Below, piece after piece: positions 32,901 through 47,182 of a stretch of 64,000 nt of DNA. The notes below the pieces were generated by a model, which worked only from the letters and a program-made list of their open reading frames with translations, searched no databases and was not told the DNA's origin. Positions within the stretch are counted from its first letter, which is position 1; every line of letters begins with the position of its first letter. A program made the position numbers and the translations under genes. Source of the DNA: Amphiscolops sp. MND2022 (lineage: Eukaryota); the NCBI GenBank assembly GCA_964187785.1, contig OZ076409.1, forward strand, positions 36,272,001 to 36,336,000. The letters are read 5' to 3'.

Positions 32901-35400
32901 ATTGCTTCAATGTCAGCAGATGAGGCAACACATTTTCAACGAAAGCGCAATATCAAACCAGTAAGGTTACACAATATGTCTGGTCCTTTCAGAAGAATAG
33001 AGTTCAGCGAAGGACCTTGATAAACTGGTGATGCATTGGTTACTCTTCGAAATTTACCACGTTTACCTACATTGGTAACAGGGTGGTGTGGATGATACCA
33101 AGCGTCTTCTCGATTCGCTTCTGAGTTGGGTACAACAGACACGTAGCTTTTTTCGATGTCAGTCTCAAAAGACGCTTCGTAAATGGAACCTAGTTGAGGT
33201 TTTCGTGCCAACTTGATTTCAAGTGAAGGCAGCTGATGGCTAGCCATTTGTCATTAGACAGACTTGGTTCTTCCAAAAGAGGCCGATTTCATAGTGCCCG
33301 TCAACAAGTTTGGTGGTTTTCTTCAAGATAAAAAGAGCTAGGTGATCTTCGGCAGACAGACTCTTTTTGTCACTCGAGATGTCAGAGCAATCAATGTGCA
33401 GCCACTCTTGAACTTGGTGGAAAAGAAAGTCATTTCGAGATCGAATACTCGTGACATTTGTAGCAGCTGTTGTCGGAAGTGTCGAACGACCGGCAATTGT
33501 CCAACCAAGTTTGGTCGACTTAGCGCCAGGGGTGTTGGGTGGCCCTCGAAGAATTACAGTACGACTATGTGTTTCAGGTGAGGGTCTGACGTCACAACGA
33601 ATTAAAGGGCGCTGAATCAAATGGGCGGTGGTTCAAGGTAAGCACCGCCAAAACATTGCGCAACGGCATTGCCGCTGGAGCTTTGTATGGAGCAATAGTC
33701 AAGTCGAGTGCTATAGAAACAACCGTTGATGTGGTATTGACGCCTTCAACAAGCATAGGGAAACACTCTGGTTATCGACCTTCGGCAAAATTCATGGTGA
33801 TCAAAGACACTGAGCTGTATGTGTCTAGTAGGGCAAAGACGTCTGCAGTTTTACCACCCAATGAAACAGTCACAGACACCATTGAACGGATACCGGGGAT
33901 TAGCAGCCGCAAAGTGGACAACCTTGAAGATTGAATTTCGTTGTGACCTTGTCTGTCAGTATGGAGCAAGGTGTGGTGCCTTTTCATACATCCAGGCTGC
34001 TGACAAACTTTTGTCGACTTGCAATCATTGAAGTTATGGCCCTTTAGACAGTTGAAGAACAAATGGAACTTCTTTTTTGCGTAGTTTTTGCGGTTTATTG
34101 GAGAAAATGCTTTTAACTGCTCGCAGCTCCCCAAGTAAACACAACCTTTCTTCTCCGGACTTGAACTAGATTGAGAAGAAAAAGGCTTGACGAAGAGCGT
34201 TTTCGAATTGTGGTCTTTTGTTCGCGCATTTGTTAATGAGGAGGAGCGCCCGTTTGTTTTGATTAGTGTCAGGGAAAGGAATAAAGCTGTCACGACATGC
34301 TGTAGCGAAGTTGTGAAGCCAAGGAACAAAATTTCTGAGCGACGGGTCATTGATATTTTCCGAAAGCATGGGCGATCCAATTTAGCCTAACACCGGCCGG
34401 CAATTTCGAAAGTGCTTTTGTAAGATTTACCGTGGAGTGAATATTATGCAGAAAATTCAATTGTGTGAAGGTATCGACAAGAAAAGCGAGGAAATTTGCA
34501 TAGTTCGTGAAGGAGTTTGGATCATCAGTTGATGGTTCCCTGAATGTTTGGTGACGATGAAGAAATGACATCACCATACGATCAGTTTTGCCGTAAGTTG
34601 ACTTCAATATAGATAGTGCATACTGGTGGTACATCGTGGGATTACAACCATAACCTGCAAATAATGCTTTTTGTTCTCCACAGATAAGAGTTTGTAAGTG
34701 GATGATCTTTTCCGCTTGCGAAAATGCAGTGCTGTCGATGGTAGCTGGAAAAAAAGACCGAACAAATCAAACCAAGCCAAGCGATCACCCTGGAAAACAG
34801 GTGGTTGATTGTTTCGCAAGCTTAGTCGACGTTGTGGTTGCACAGCATTTGTATTGTCATGAAGGGCGTTGGTCGTGCTGGTAGACACCGGATCAATAGC
34901 ATTAACATGGACCGATGGGTCAAGCGATTGCATAATACCGAAAAAAAATGGTTTGAAGATTGTTTGACAGTGGCATATTGGGCTCAAAAGTGGTTAGTGA
35001 AAATGAAACGGCATTGGTTAACGTGGGTACAGCAGTAGAGTTGTCTCCGTGGAGATGATGCGAAGACGATAAAAAAAGGAATGTCGGGTAGAAGGTCAGA
35101 CGTTGCATCGGCCGGTGTCTGAGGATCGTTAGAGTTACTACCATCACAAGAATCACAGGAGGACCTTTTGTTTCTAGCCACTGATATCTTGATGCGACGA
35201 ATTTCGAGCTTGATGGATGTTAATTTATTGGCATGAGGTGCGAAGTCAGTTGTTGAGATGTGAAGGACTGAAGATTTCGTCAATTGAACTAGCTCAGCTT
35301 CAGCAATTGTTAATTCCGACGTAACAGAGCTAATATCATCGAAATCAGAGTCGTTAGTTAGCAAATCGTTGCAAAAGGATAACAAACTTGCAACTTCTTC
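29906..35400 (-). pseudogene. BEL/Pao gag-pol remnant
   Basis: ORF fragments 34984-35385, 34347-34634, 33772-34380, 33240-33620, 32936-33247, 31874-32251 and 29906-30367 are in Pao domain order and multiply frameshifted. Confidence 0.9.
30628..31023. mobile_element. CATTAC-ended MITE (396 bp) nested in BEL integrase, 2-bp TT TSD
   Basis: 20-bp TIR CATTACGATACATATGCTGC versus GCGGCATATGTATTGTAATG; removing it plus one TT restores TCC GAC AAC GCG ACA (S-D-N-A-T) on the minus strand. Confidence 0.9.
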
Positions 35401-36000
35401 TGCTGTAACAAAATGAGACTGTGGATAGTGTTCATTTCAGAAGGCTAAGATTCGACAGTCTGAGTGTCGGCTGAGACGTCAACATTGGCATCGTCACCGT
35501 TAAAGGGCTCACGATTGTGTAAATTAAAATTTTAGGAGGCATTACGAAACCGTTGAAAATTTTGGATGGAAAGAAACGATGTTCTTTTTTCCGAAAAGAT
35601 GTTACGAACGACTAATCTCCCCTAATCGACCGACTCGTGCGAGTTACCGCATTTTAAGTGTCACAAGGATCAAAAAGTCGTCAGCAACAGATGTTAATAA
35701 TGAGCCTGGGAGGACGGCCTGTCTCGCTTATTTTTGCGCTGTTTTTTCAGAAGCGAAACAAAGTTTTGTTGATGTTTGAGTACAATGCGGAGTAGAACGG
35801 ATTACATAAGGAGTAAATTTACAACGATTTATTTTTAGCGTCTAAATTGAGAATTCCAGATGAAAAAGTTCCTTCAGGATGTTTGGACTTCTGCTCCGTT
35901 GAGAACAACGCGCGGATGCGATTTCGGAAATGAAAGAGCAGTTGAATCAACTGTTCAGGTGACAGGGATGTATAATTATTGCTCTGATGCTTCGAAATGC

Positions 36001-37199
36001 TGTTACTAATGACGTGGTGCCAAATGACTATGTTTTGGTTGCGTGCTAGTAGGCCACAACATTGAAGGTTCTGCCAAACTTTGAAACGATATTTCGAGGA
36101 AGCGTTGAAACTGAGTCTTCGTTGTACAAACGATCTTTTGGAGAGTGAATAACGAAAAAAATGAGGGAGTGAATTGACCTTGACTTAAGATATTATCGAG
36201 ACAACTGGCTCCAATAATAAACATAATGAAAAACGTAAAAGATGATAATAACGTAACAAATGCGAAACATAATGAATTGCATGAAAAAGTAAGTAAAACA
36301 GAAGTTTATACTCCTCAAAATTGTTCGAATTCTTCAAATAAAACAAAAACGATGGATGAACAAGAGACGTAACGAAGATTGGAACAAGTGGAAAGAAGAA
36401 TCCCAGAGACGAAACGAATTGAAACCAACGTGGCAACAGACACAAAGAATGGGATCGACTTTCCACGTTGAGCGCCAAAAATTATTTCACTGACCTCGCA
36501 TAATGGATGCATTCGTCGTAGTAGTCGTGGAGACAGTGGCCATGAATTGATTGGTCAGGGAATGCTCGGAAACGCTAACTGGGATTAGAAAAAGGTTGAG
36601 GCCAGTAAAATAACTGAATTTATATAAAGTATATATAATATATAAGATAAATGAGAAAAGAGGAGGGGTAACACAGGGGGATAGTTTCGAAATATATTTA
36701 CCTGAGGAATCGGTTTCCTCTTTCTTTTCTTGAATTTCGTTTCTATATCGTTCGCAAAGTTTGAATTTCTAAAAAATTTAAAACGCAAAGTTTAAATTTC
36801 TAATAATTTCATGTGTCGTGTACTTTTCTGTTCAATGTACACATCGAACGCATTTGAAGCTGCTAGGTGAAAAATCGAATGTTGTCGTAGTATTTGTTAG
36901 AAGCGAAGAAAGTCGACGAAGAATATAACGATTCGGCACAGAAACTTAATTTGATTTGAAAACTTGGTACACTCTCAACTTTATATCGTGGGATTTGACA
37001 TTTGATCTTTCAGTTGCGTTAATCTTGTTTTGTTTTGTTCTTTGTATAATGAATTTAATTTCTTCATACAATCAAATAATTTCATTCAGGAGAACTTGCA
37101 ATGAGCAATTCGAATAAACAATCTGAAAATTCTCTAAAAGATTTCACGTATGAATCACAATCAAAGAAAATCATTCAATCAAAATGAAGAGTCACAACT
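36001..37199 (-). repeat. BEL/Pao 5' LTR (1199 bp)
   Basis: TGTTACT...CACAACT, followed by TSD GTGCA. Confidence 0.85.
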
Positions 37200-39213
37200 G
37201 TGCACAATATTCGAAAAATAGTTAAGAAATAGTTGCAATGCGCCAAAAAGATCAAAGTTGCGACTTTAGAAAGTCATTCATTATCCCACAATGCTTTGAT
37301 TAAAAATATCTTCTAAAGTGTTACCTTATGTACCTTAACTACCACTCATAGTTGATTAAAAACTCAAATTTTGCATGTAATTCGCAGTAAAAGAGGAAGC
37401 TCTTAGAGTACTTCTAGTTTAACTTTTCGGTTCGACAAAACAAACTGATTCTAATTTTAATCATCAACAATCTCCCAGCCACAAATCTCCCTGCGATTAG
37501 ATCAAACTCTGAAGGGAGTGAAAACCATTAAAGTAAATTAAACTTTTTCAGATAACTGTTATTTCCCCAGAAAAGAGCGTGTACTTTGAATGGTGATTAG
37601 CAAAAACTGTCAGATTTGCAGGAAAAATCATTCCTTTTCCTCAGACCAATACGCTTTAGAAATGCCCCTTTTTCCATATCAGTTTGCTAGTTTTGACGTC
37701 ATTTTTTTGAGTTACGTTCAATTAATAGAAAAAGTTGACGCAATCACGTTCTGATAAACTGAATGAGAATTAATCAGCAGAGATTTATCATTTTACGCGT
37801 TATTTAATCTTTCCTATAAAAGACAGAAAGAACCTTCGATAAATTACCGGCCTTAAATTGATTTCCTGCCGTAAAGTTGCTTCGTTTTTCGGACAAATGC
37901 TGCCATGTGACGATAAGCGGACATTTTGGTTATTTTGGGCTCTTTGTTTCACAGGAATATATGCCATCAGTGTTGAAGGCAACTATTATTGTCTTCGCAA
38001 TACGTATAAAATGCAAAATTTATTGATTCGCTTCATAAATGTGGGCGGATCGCTGCTCGAACTTTCAAGTTTATCGAGCCTGGTTCCTCTGCCATCAAAA
38101 GAAGAAGCGGAATAACGGAGGAAATATTCGAGACGCAATCTAGAAAAGATTGAAATGGCATTTCATTAAAAAAATTATTGTGGCAAGTAACCAATTGTTT
38201 GAAACTTGAATGATTTTGGAAAAAAAGCACAGCATTCTACAACAATACATTTGCTTGGCAATATCACAAAGAACACTGAAGAGTGGCTAAGGATTTATGA
38301 ATTACACAAAATTACCCAAACTGAATTAGATTGCCTCGAGTGAGAAGTTTACATCAAATGTATCATTTCTAGCTCTGCTAGTTTTTTACAGCAAATCTAA
38401 AAATTTTACAAATTTAGAAGCGGAAGAAGAAGTTTCCTTCCAAACAGAAACTCCAAGCAGATTGTGGGGTGAACTCATTCAATAGGTGCAACGTTCTTGC
38501 AACTTACTTTTTGTTTCACGGACATATTCCCTGAAGTTGAGAACAAGTAAGGCATCAGCTGCGTTTTTTCTCCAATTTCATACTCAAAAAATAAAAGTTC
38601 TTTCACAGAATTAAACTACCACAAATTTCTTTTACCCATTTGTTTTTCTTATTATTTTTCAAAAAATGAATCGGGAAATGCGTGATCAAGTCCCATTTGG
38701 AATAGGACAACAGATGAATCAAAACTAACGTTAACCAAAGACCAGAAGGCTTCAAGTTGGTTCACACTTGAAGCTCGAAAAATGCGAAAAAAATTAAAGT
38801 AGCTAAAATTAGTTAAATAAAATGAAAATAGTTTCATGCTGAAAGAATAAAATTTATACACAGAATTATTTCTAGCAATGACCAAATATTACTCATACAT
38901 CTCTTTAGATAAAAATCACATGATGATGGGTACTTAGAAAACAAATGAACAACTGAAATCCGTTGCTTCGCTTGATTGACTGTTCAATTCCATAAAATCT
39001 CATTTCGCCCTCTTGATTGCAAAAATGAACACCATCGGATAAACTGAAAACGTCGACCGGTTGTTCAGTACTGCAAGGAAATATTTAGCGTTTAAATTTA
39101 TAACTGACAGGCTGAACTGAAAACGATAACCGACAGGCATCACACAGCATTGATGTTGCACTGAGCGGACGTGTCTATCAATGACGAGATTCTAGCGAAA
39201 CTTAACATCAGCA

Positions 39214-42200
39214 ATGGCCGAAGTCAACTCTGAAAATTTGCAAACTGTGATGTCAAAAATAGATGATGAAATTTCTCGAAACTTATTCAAATTGATGTTC
39301 CAAAAACTTAGCGAAAAAGACCAAGAAATTATTCAACTTACTAACAGAGGGGTAGATTTGGAGAAGAGGGTACGGGAGCAGGAGCGTTATTCATCAAAGG
39401 ATTCCCATATTTTTTACAATGATCCAATTTGCAAAAATGTAGGCCTGGAAAAAGGTTTGTGTCAGTTTTTGTTTGATTATCTGAATATAAGCGCCTACCC
39501 TGAAGACTTCAAAGCTTGCCATTCCCTTGGAAAACGAAAAAGTAATTATCCCGCGCCTATCAATCAAAATTGTCCTCTTCAAAATGAACAAGCCGAGAAC
39601 GGCCAAAATCGGCGCTATATCTAATTCTCAAATTGTAAAAGGGGGGACCCTTCGAGCTTTGTGAATCTCCAGCTGGATGCAAGTTATGCAGCTCAACAAA
39701 TTTTATTAACCGAAGGCCCATACTTAATAAAGATCGTTTGCTAAAATTTGACCAATACATCCAGAATGAAGCTTCAGAGATTAATTTGGTCACTACAACT
39801 CGTAATTCTGAAGTTCGCGTGTTTGTGAAAAAAATCAAACAATCAAGTACAGTATATCGGAATCAAAAGTTCGCAAATGTTAAAAGACTTGGCTCCACGA
39901 GCGGTTCAACGTGAAAAGCAACATGCCAATAAGACAGAAAGTAATTTCAGCATTAGATCTGAAGTGGAACAGACACCAACATCGAAAAAATCAAATGACC
40001 AAAATCCCCTTATAGATGGTAAAACAGTAGCTTAGAGAAGCGATTGTTTTTGTTTTTCGGTAAATAAAATAAAAATCCACTAAAAACTAAGTGCTAGTAG
40101 TTTAAATGTTTGTACCAACTATCGCATTTCTATCAAATAACTCTTCCATCTTTCAATTTTCTTGTGAGAACATTAGGTTTTGTATCAAGAATCAATTAAC
40201 AGCAGCGTTTTTTTAAACCAAACATTACAATATTTTACTGGGCCTAAATCTTCAATCATTGAGATGTCATCATTATGGTTTCCTCAATGAGCTAGAAAAT
40301 TGATCGAAGAAGTCTACAGTCGAACCAGATTCCATTACCGAACTAACTCTTCCCGGGTATCATCCTCTTGAATGGAAACCCCGCACCTCAGGCCAAGAGC
40401 GAAAAAGTTTGACGTTTTTTGTTCGGGAATTCGTTTCATACAAGCCCTAGAACTTTGAAACAAAAAAGAATGTCTTATAAAAGAGGTGGATTTCGATAAC
40501 AACCAAATACTGTACGTTTTTGTCGTATATAGACCTCAGAGTCATAAGCTAAAAAACGTGTTCCGCAGTTTGAAGACTTATTGTCATTTTGAGAAGCCTA
40601 AGACATGATACTGATATGTTTGGAGACTCCAATATTGATACACTTGTAGACTTTAAGTCCAGAAGTGAATATGAACCTTTACTGTTTGTGTTTGATATAA
40701 AACAGCAAAGTTTTCAGCCAATAAGGGTTATCGCAACATCATCCACTTGTTTGAATCATTTTTTCACTATCTTCCAAACAGAAGCGCAAACAATCCCACC
40801 AACAATTTGTCATCAGTTTTCTGTTCTAGGTGAGATACTTCCTTCTATCAAAATATGGAATAAAATAAAAACCCTCGTTACGAAAAAAAAAGACTTTCGG
40901 GTTATTAGTGGAGGAATGGCAATGAAGTTTCTTTTTTGTTGGATCAAAAACCTAAACAGAACTATAACGGAAGGATTATCCAAACGGAGAAAATCGCACA
41001 ATCGGTAATTGAATGTGTTGATTGCTTCGCACCAGAAGTGGTGCTGTGCGTTAATAATGCTGTGACGAAATGCGACGAACTTTTCCACAAATGGGTATCG
41101 GACCCCAGTAATTTTTTTAGGGGAACATAAAAAACAGCGCAATTTAGTCACTTCAGTCGAAGGAACCGCACAAAGAGAACCCAATTTAAACGAACTTGCA
41201 ATAATGCATCTGCCAAGACGAGGTATAGACGATTGAAATGCCAAACACGAAGTAATCAATCACGAGATTTGAAAATTGATATTGATGAAATGAACAACTT
41301 TTTCGCATACATAGGTCCTGAATTCTCCCGGCAAGTACCAAACCCTCGTCTTACCATTGATTTCCCATGTTTTGATAACAAAATGGTTTTGAATGATTCT
41401 AGTCCCGAAGAAATTGCCCAATATTTTGAATATTGAAAACTTGAAAGATTTCCGGGTCTGATAGTGTTCGCAATGATAGACTGAAATACTGCTCACTTGT
41501 TGCAGGGGAGCATCTCTTTAAAGCTTTGAAAGAATGCCTCCAGATTGTAATTTTTCCAAAAAACCTTGAAGCTTTGAATTTGCACAGGTTATTGCGCTCC
41601 ACAAAAATTGATTACAGTGATCCTGAAAACTTCCGTCCGATTAGGCTACTAGGTTCACTGAGTAAGGTTTTCGAAAAACTGTTGTACAACCGGATGATTC
41701 ACTTTTGTTAAGAAAGATCTTTTTACACCAGCACAGTTCGGTTTTCGGTCTAACTATTGCTGTGTTCATACAATAGGTGAAACCATCAGTTTCATACGTG
41801 ATGCAATCGACAACAGTTTATTGGTCAAATCTCTTTTATTGATTTCAGAAAAGCTTTTGATTTCTTGGACCATTGTCAATTCCTTAACAAATTGTTACAT
41901 TACGGCTTCAGAGGATCTATATTTCATCTCATGAGTGACTACCTAAAACAATGGCAGTAAGTATTTGATAATGAAAAAATTACCGAAGGACTTTCTGTCA
42001 TTACCAGGGTTCCATCTTGGGACCTTGCCTTTTTCTATTTTCTATCAAATGACCTGCCTGCTGTTTATTCAACAAAAAGTAAAATCGCAATATTTGCAGA
42101 CGATACTTCTCCGTTCCAAACAGGAAAACAAGGTTTCCTAACGATCCTAAATGATTTTATGAAATGAGAAAATGATTTGCTTGCGACAAACTTTCCATCA

Positions 42201-43153
42201 TTTCTTCAAAACTTGAAAATATTTTGTTTGGTATCGGCAAACATCCAGGGTTGATAATTGATAACCTTAACTTCCCTGACAAAGCTCACAGCAATTACAT
42301 AGGGGTTAATTTGGACCCTCAGCTCAATGTCCGCGAACATATCAGCTACGTTCCAAAAAACTGAACAAATTCTGCGGACTGATGTTCATAGTCAGGTATA
42401 TATACCCGAAGAAATGTCGTTCAACTGTTTAAAGCTCTTATGCTAAAAGTATCATCAGATATGGTTTGTTAATCCAATTGAGTGCCCAAAAAAGCAATTG
42501 GCAAAGTAATAACCGAGCCCAGCGTCGTATTCTCAGAGCATTTTTTTTTCAAAAAAGTTTGGCAGCCTAAGGGAAGTTTACAAACAAACGAAACTTCTGA
42601 CAATTTACGAGATGTTCATTGTTGAAATTTTTTGCGAAATCATTGTTCAATTGCGATATAAATTACTGCTAAATGTTCCAGATGAATTGGATAATCGGAA
42701 TTTGTATGAAAATTGACGTTCTGTGAAAGGATTACTACCCATAATTCACAGTCGAACAGTCACGCAAAGTAAATCATTGAGAAACACTCAACGCAAAAGC
42801 TACAATTGGTTGACTAGTATGGGTCTGCTTCCCTCTAACCTCAAGACAGTCAGGACTTGAAAAACTTGTTTTTCAAATGAATGTTGTTGACACTTGTCTT
42901 GTTTCTTCATTTCACTACCCAAAGTTTCTTTTTTTATCACCTATTTTATTCTAGGTAAAACATTTTAAATGTGATGATGAATAGTGAAATAGTATATTAG
43001 GTTGCATAATTGATTCCCAGGGCAGAGAATCGATGAGCTGTATTAGCTCATTCTGTGTCCTTTTTAGATGCTATCGATGTATCTATATATTTATTGATAT
43101 ATACGTTTGGTGTTTGCTTCTGAGTAAATAAACATTTTTTTCTTTCTTTCTTC
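39214..43153 (+). mobile_element. Decayed near-full-length LINE (CR1/L2-like): ORF1, APE endonuclease, RT, simple-repeat tail
   Basis: ORF1 coiled coil with EQERYSSKD and FKACH.LG; APE remnants VVYRP, FGDSNID, TCLNH; RT ENFRPI.LL..LSKVFEK, QFGFR, IDFRKAFD, FADDT; ends AATAAA then (TTTC)n. Confidence 0.85.
39587..39690 (-). mobile_element. Truncated family-A HINE-like fragment inside LINE ORF1
   Basis: AACAAGCCGAGAACGGCCAAAATCGGCGC...TGTAAAAGGGGGGACCCTTCG matches 5264ff and 5452ff. Confidence 0.6.
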
Positions 43154-43545
43154 CAAGCATACACAGAAGGTTGATTGTTTTATACTCAGATAAAGTTTTT
43201 TCATTGGTTGCTCAACACATATCAAGCTCTATGTGATTTTTAAAAAAATTATGCAAATGTTTTCAGTTTAGCAAAATTAAGGTTTTCGTTTTTCATTGAG
43301 TGTTTAGAGTGTTCAAACAGATGGTAAAAGTTTTCAGGTATGTCCGTTGATTGGCTCAATTTCTCCAGTCTGACATGAAGAGTCTGCTGTTTGGGTTAGT
43401 CAGATGTATTCAATGTCTTACCAGGGAATCTTCTACAACAGTTTCTTCTACTGTTGAACAATTGAGGAAACATATTGGTTTGCAAAACGCAAAAAAGCTA
43501 TAAGTTTAAGAACCCGTATCGACAAAAATTTGAATTCCAGGTCTG

Positions 43546-43660
43546 CCAAGGATTCCAAAGGACTGGTAAGGACTTGTCAAGTTCTGGACCAGTCCTTACA
43601 TGTGCCACATTTACCCTTACGAAGCCTGGACCAGTCCTTACCAGTCCTAGGGATTCCTGG
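43546..43660. repeat. Imperfect inverted repeat (~28-bp arms), probable MITE remnant
   Basis: AGGACTGGTAAGGACT versus AGTCCTTACCAGTCCT is a perfect 16-bp core with imperfect extension. Confidence 0.55.
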
Positions 43661-44682
43661 AGATACGCTGCAAAGTACTAGAACACGGAAAAATCCAAAA
43701 CCGATTCAGGGCTAATAAGAGGAGAATAGGTGCTATATTTAGTTGAAATGACTGTTATTGGGTGCAGGAAGAAGAGGAAGAAGGTTTTTTCAGTATGTCA
43801 CCTTACAAAAATTGAGAAAAAGTCTCTCGTCAAATAATCATAAAACGATCTCCCAAATATCCGTTTTTATAGTTTTGGACTGAGAGTTTTTGGGAAGGAT
43901 TCAGTTTCCGAGAAGATCAACCTGGAACAAACTATGCAACGTTCAGACTTGAGGACGACGAGTTTGCTGAAATCAATGTTCACCTTCTAATTTCCCGCCA
44001 TAAATCTATTTTGTCAGCAGATTTTCCCACGATACGATGTTTGTTCTTTCGATACGTTTGTACAGGAGATTTTAACGTTCCGTAGCAAATGTGTAAACTT
44101 TTGATATTTGTTTGTATCGAATTTGGAATTGTCTGAATAAAGCGGCCCACCAGACCATTGCTGCGAGAACAAAAATGACTGCAGTTCAAAGCAGCAACTT
44201 GTGAGTTGACGATTTTTTGAAATCTGCACTTTCAAAGCTCGGCCATCTTGAAAACTCGTATACAATTACAAGTAAAATTGGAGAATGTTAGACGTCTCGT
44301 GATAACAAACACTGATGTCAAAGTTGATTGTCTGGTAGATTCTATCAGGTGTTTTAATTTTTTGTGAGGAACATCTCGCTTAAAATCTGCTTCATCTGTT
44401 TCACAACTGACTGTACAATTCTTTACTAACTGAACTGCTCAACATCCTCAACCGAAGTTTTGAAGTCATCACTTCTAAAATCATCTTCAATGTGGTATAA
44501 CATTTGATAAACGACGAACTACTACTAATCGATTTCCATACAAGAGGTCCTTTTTTGGCCAGCCATCAATTAGAAACCGGCTTACTTCGTTGAAAACTTT
44601 CGTGTAGTCGAACTTTTCGCTTTTTCCACGAAACAACGTGGACCAGTTGCCAAACCGATGAATGTCAGAGTTTGTGCAAGGA

Positions 44683-45515
44683 CAAAAATGGCGGGAAAGT
44701 CTCAAGTAGGCGCTATTCAGGGCTCAAAAAGCTCAAAATGCTCCGGCCTTTTTTCATGAGAAACACAGATAAACACGCCAAAACATGCCGAAACACGCCA
44801 AAAGTGCCTTTCGTGGTCCGAAAACACTTCAAAAGTTGGGATATTGCGTGCTGACACAAATGCGAGCTCTATTTTGGATCAAACTCCTCCTCCTCCTCAG
44901 TGAAACTCAATTTACGGATATAACGTCAAAAAATGGGCTATCGCGTGCCGAAACAATTGGGAGCGCTTGTTTTTGAACCTCTGCTCCTCCTAAGTAAACA
45001 CAATGTGGTTCGGATGTAACGTCAAAATTTCGAATATAGCGCAACATTTTCGAATCTCCACCGCTTTTCAGTGAAACGCTATTTGCTTCGGATATCACGT
45101 CAAAAATCCGAAGTTTAGAAAAAAATTATTGGTGGATATGTTTTGAAAAAAAACTAACATCAGACGAAAAATGAGATTTTTTAACAGTCTCAAAATGCCA
45201 AAAAAAAACGTAAAAGTGGGACCCTATGGGATGTTTTAAAATCCATTCTGTTGCAAAACATAAAAAAATTGAAAGGGAACCTTTTGGAGACAAGGAAAAA
45301 TTATCAAAAATCGAAGGGGTTCATTCTGCTTTGCAATGGTTTTGTATTTCATGTTAGAGGCTTTGAATGCGCTCAAAATCAAGTACTAAGTACTTATCGT
45401 ACATTTGCACCATGCAGAAAACTGCATCATTCAGAGTGAGACAAAACAAACTAGTCACTGTAATATTCGGACAAAGTTCCCATCAAAATGTTTTGAATCC
45501 AAATACGCCGACTAA
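44683..45515 (-). mobile_element. Family-A-related HINE-like element
   Basis: CAAGTAGGCGC near one end and CGCCGACTAAAAA at the other; internal CATGTTAGAGGCT...AAGTACTAAGTAC block shared with 5655-5700. Confidence 0.55.
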
Positions 45516-45819
45516 AAACACTGAATGCACAATGTTTTGATTACTCCATTTTAACGTAATCTTTCATCGCAAGAGGTATACTGCTATCATTTACACTTAC
45601 TAGAGCGAACGTTTCATCAATCACTGATGACGATACACTTTTTGTGCAAAATCAGGGGTTCAGGTGCGATCAGTTTCAAACGTTTCGTTCTCAATACCTA
45701 ACCATAGTTTCTCTTAAACGGCTCAGTTTGTAAACGATTAAGTGGTTTGTTGTTTATTGATATCGAAACAAAAATAAAATTTCAAGTACATCAAGTCCAG
45801 TTAGTGACCTCACCTGGGC

Positions 45820-46772
45820 TTAATGAATATCTTGATTGGAAGAAGATACAGCCTTTATTGCCAGTTTCTTGAGCCATTTTGCCAGTTTTTAAAAAGACAG
45901 GCGTCAATTTGTATATCACAATGGGGGAACAACATCAAAACACCTGATTACTACGGGTGTCCCACAAGGATCTGTGTTAGGGCCATTCTTTTTCCTTTAT
46001 ACATAAATGATCGACCGACTGTCATTGAAAAAAGTCAAATAACCACGTTTGCTGATGATAGAGGTCTCTTGAAAAGTGGGAAGAAAGGCGAACATTTAAT
46101 ACAGCCAATGTTGAAAGATTATGAAACTGGTTCATTAGTAACAAATTATCTATCAATGTCGAAAAATGTGAAATTATTTCATTTGGCATTGAAGTTCCAC
46201 AAGAGCATCATCTTTTGGAGAAACCTTTGACTTATAAAAAGTCATGCAAATACTTAAGGCTGCATATAGATCGATCGTTGAAATTCCGTGAGCACATAGA
46301 TTATGTTGGTAACAAACTCAATGGGTTTTGTGGATTATTTTATAGGATACGAGAGCAATACACTAGGTCCTCGCTTTTGATGTTCTATAATTCGTTTTCC
46401 AAGTCTGTCATAAGCCATGCTTTAATATTATACGGAACTGCTGCTAAAACTAACCTAATGAAAGTTGAACATGCTCAACGCAGAATTCTTGGAGCAATTT
46501 TCCAGACGAAAGTTCGATTCCTTGAACAACATCTGGTACGAACACAAGCTCCAGACTGTAGTTGAAATGTATATTGCAAAATTGGTCAAAGAGAAGTTCA
46601 AACAGATTAGATTGGAGTCTCCTGTACAATTTTTTACGCCACATACATGCAAAGAGCCCCATTTACCAACTCGTGGGAGCTCAAGAAACAATATTCCTTC
46701 GAAATATTATAGGACAGTCGTCAAGCGTAAATGTCTTGAAAATTCGTTTCGGAAAATTTATAACTATTTGTG
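45820..46772 (+). pseudogene. LINE RT C-terminal fragment, related to the 39214-43153 element
   Basis: GVPQGSVLGP, LYIND, FADD, KYLRLHIDRSLKFREHIDYV and AQRRIL, frameshifted. Confidence 0.85.
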
Positions 46773-46775
46773 CTA

Positions 46776-47182
46776 GTTATTCAGCAGCGTGAACAAACTG
46801 TACAGTTTGTGAACAAACAGAGCGAGCCGAATGAAACAGTTTCCTTTGCACGGAACGATCAATTACGAAAGAAGAAAACCGGAAATGGCAAAATTTCAAC
46901 CGGCATCCTCAACAAAGCCAAAGAATGCCCGAAATGCGGAACGAAGCATGAACCAAGAAGTTGTCCGGCCTTCGGCAAAACATGCAACAACTGCAAGAAG
47001 CCGAACCATTTCGCAAAAATGTGTCGGATGAAGAAACAAACGAATCATTTTGTTCGTGAAGAAGCCAATATTGAAGAAAACAATGGCAGTACCTCCGATT
47101 ATTCGTATTTTATTGGGCATACCGACTATATCAAGAATGGTACAATGGAGAAAATCAAAGTGAATGGAAAAGAAATGCCAAT
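46776..47182 (+). pseudogene. Gypsy gag C-terminal fragment with tandem zinc knuckles, running up to the protease
   Basis: CPKCGTKHEPRSCPAFGKTCNNCKKPNHFAKMCR, then IKVNGKEMPI, cut just before the expected DTG motif. Confidence 0.85.

Larger units (their letters stand above)
29440..37199 (-). mobile_element. Decayed full-length BEL/Pao LTR retrotransposon
   Basis: TSD GTGCA (29435-29439 and 37200-37204); LTRs at 29440-29866 and 36001-37199; PPT complement TATTTCGCCCCCC at 29867-29879. Minus-strand motifs: CQQPGCMKRHHTLLH, ALLDT, WYHPHHPV, SLNSILLKGPD, GKTRVA..TVPNIEL, TRAVHIE, SDNAT, FWHRFQKEY. Confidence 0.93.

Noticed and set aside
43900..44640. Possible decayed minus-strand LINE ORF1/gag-like sequence
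   Set aside because: Only a vague CF..Q.F pattern; not supportable.
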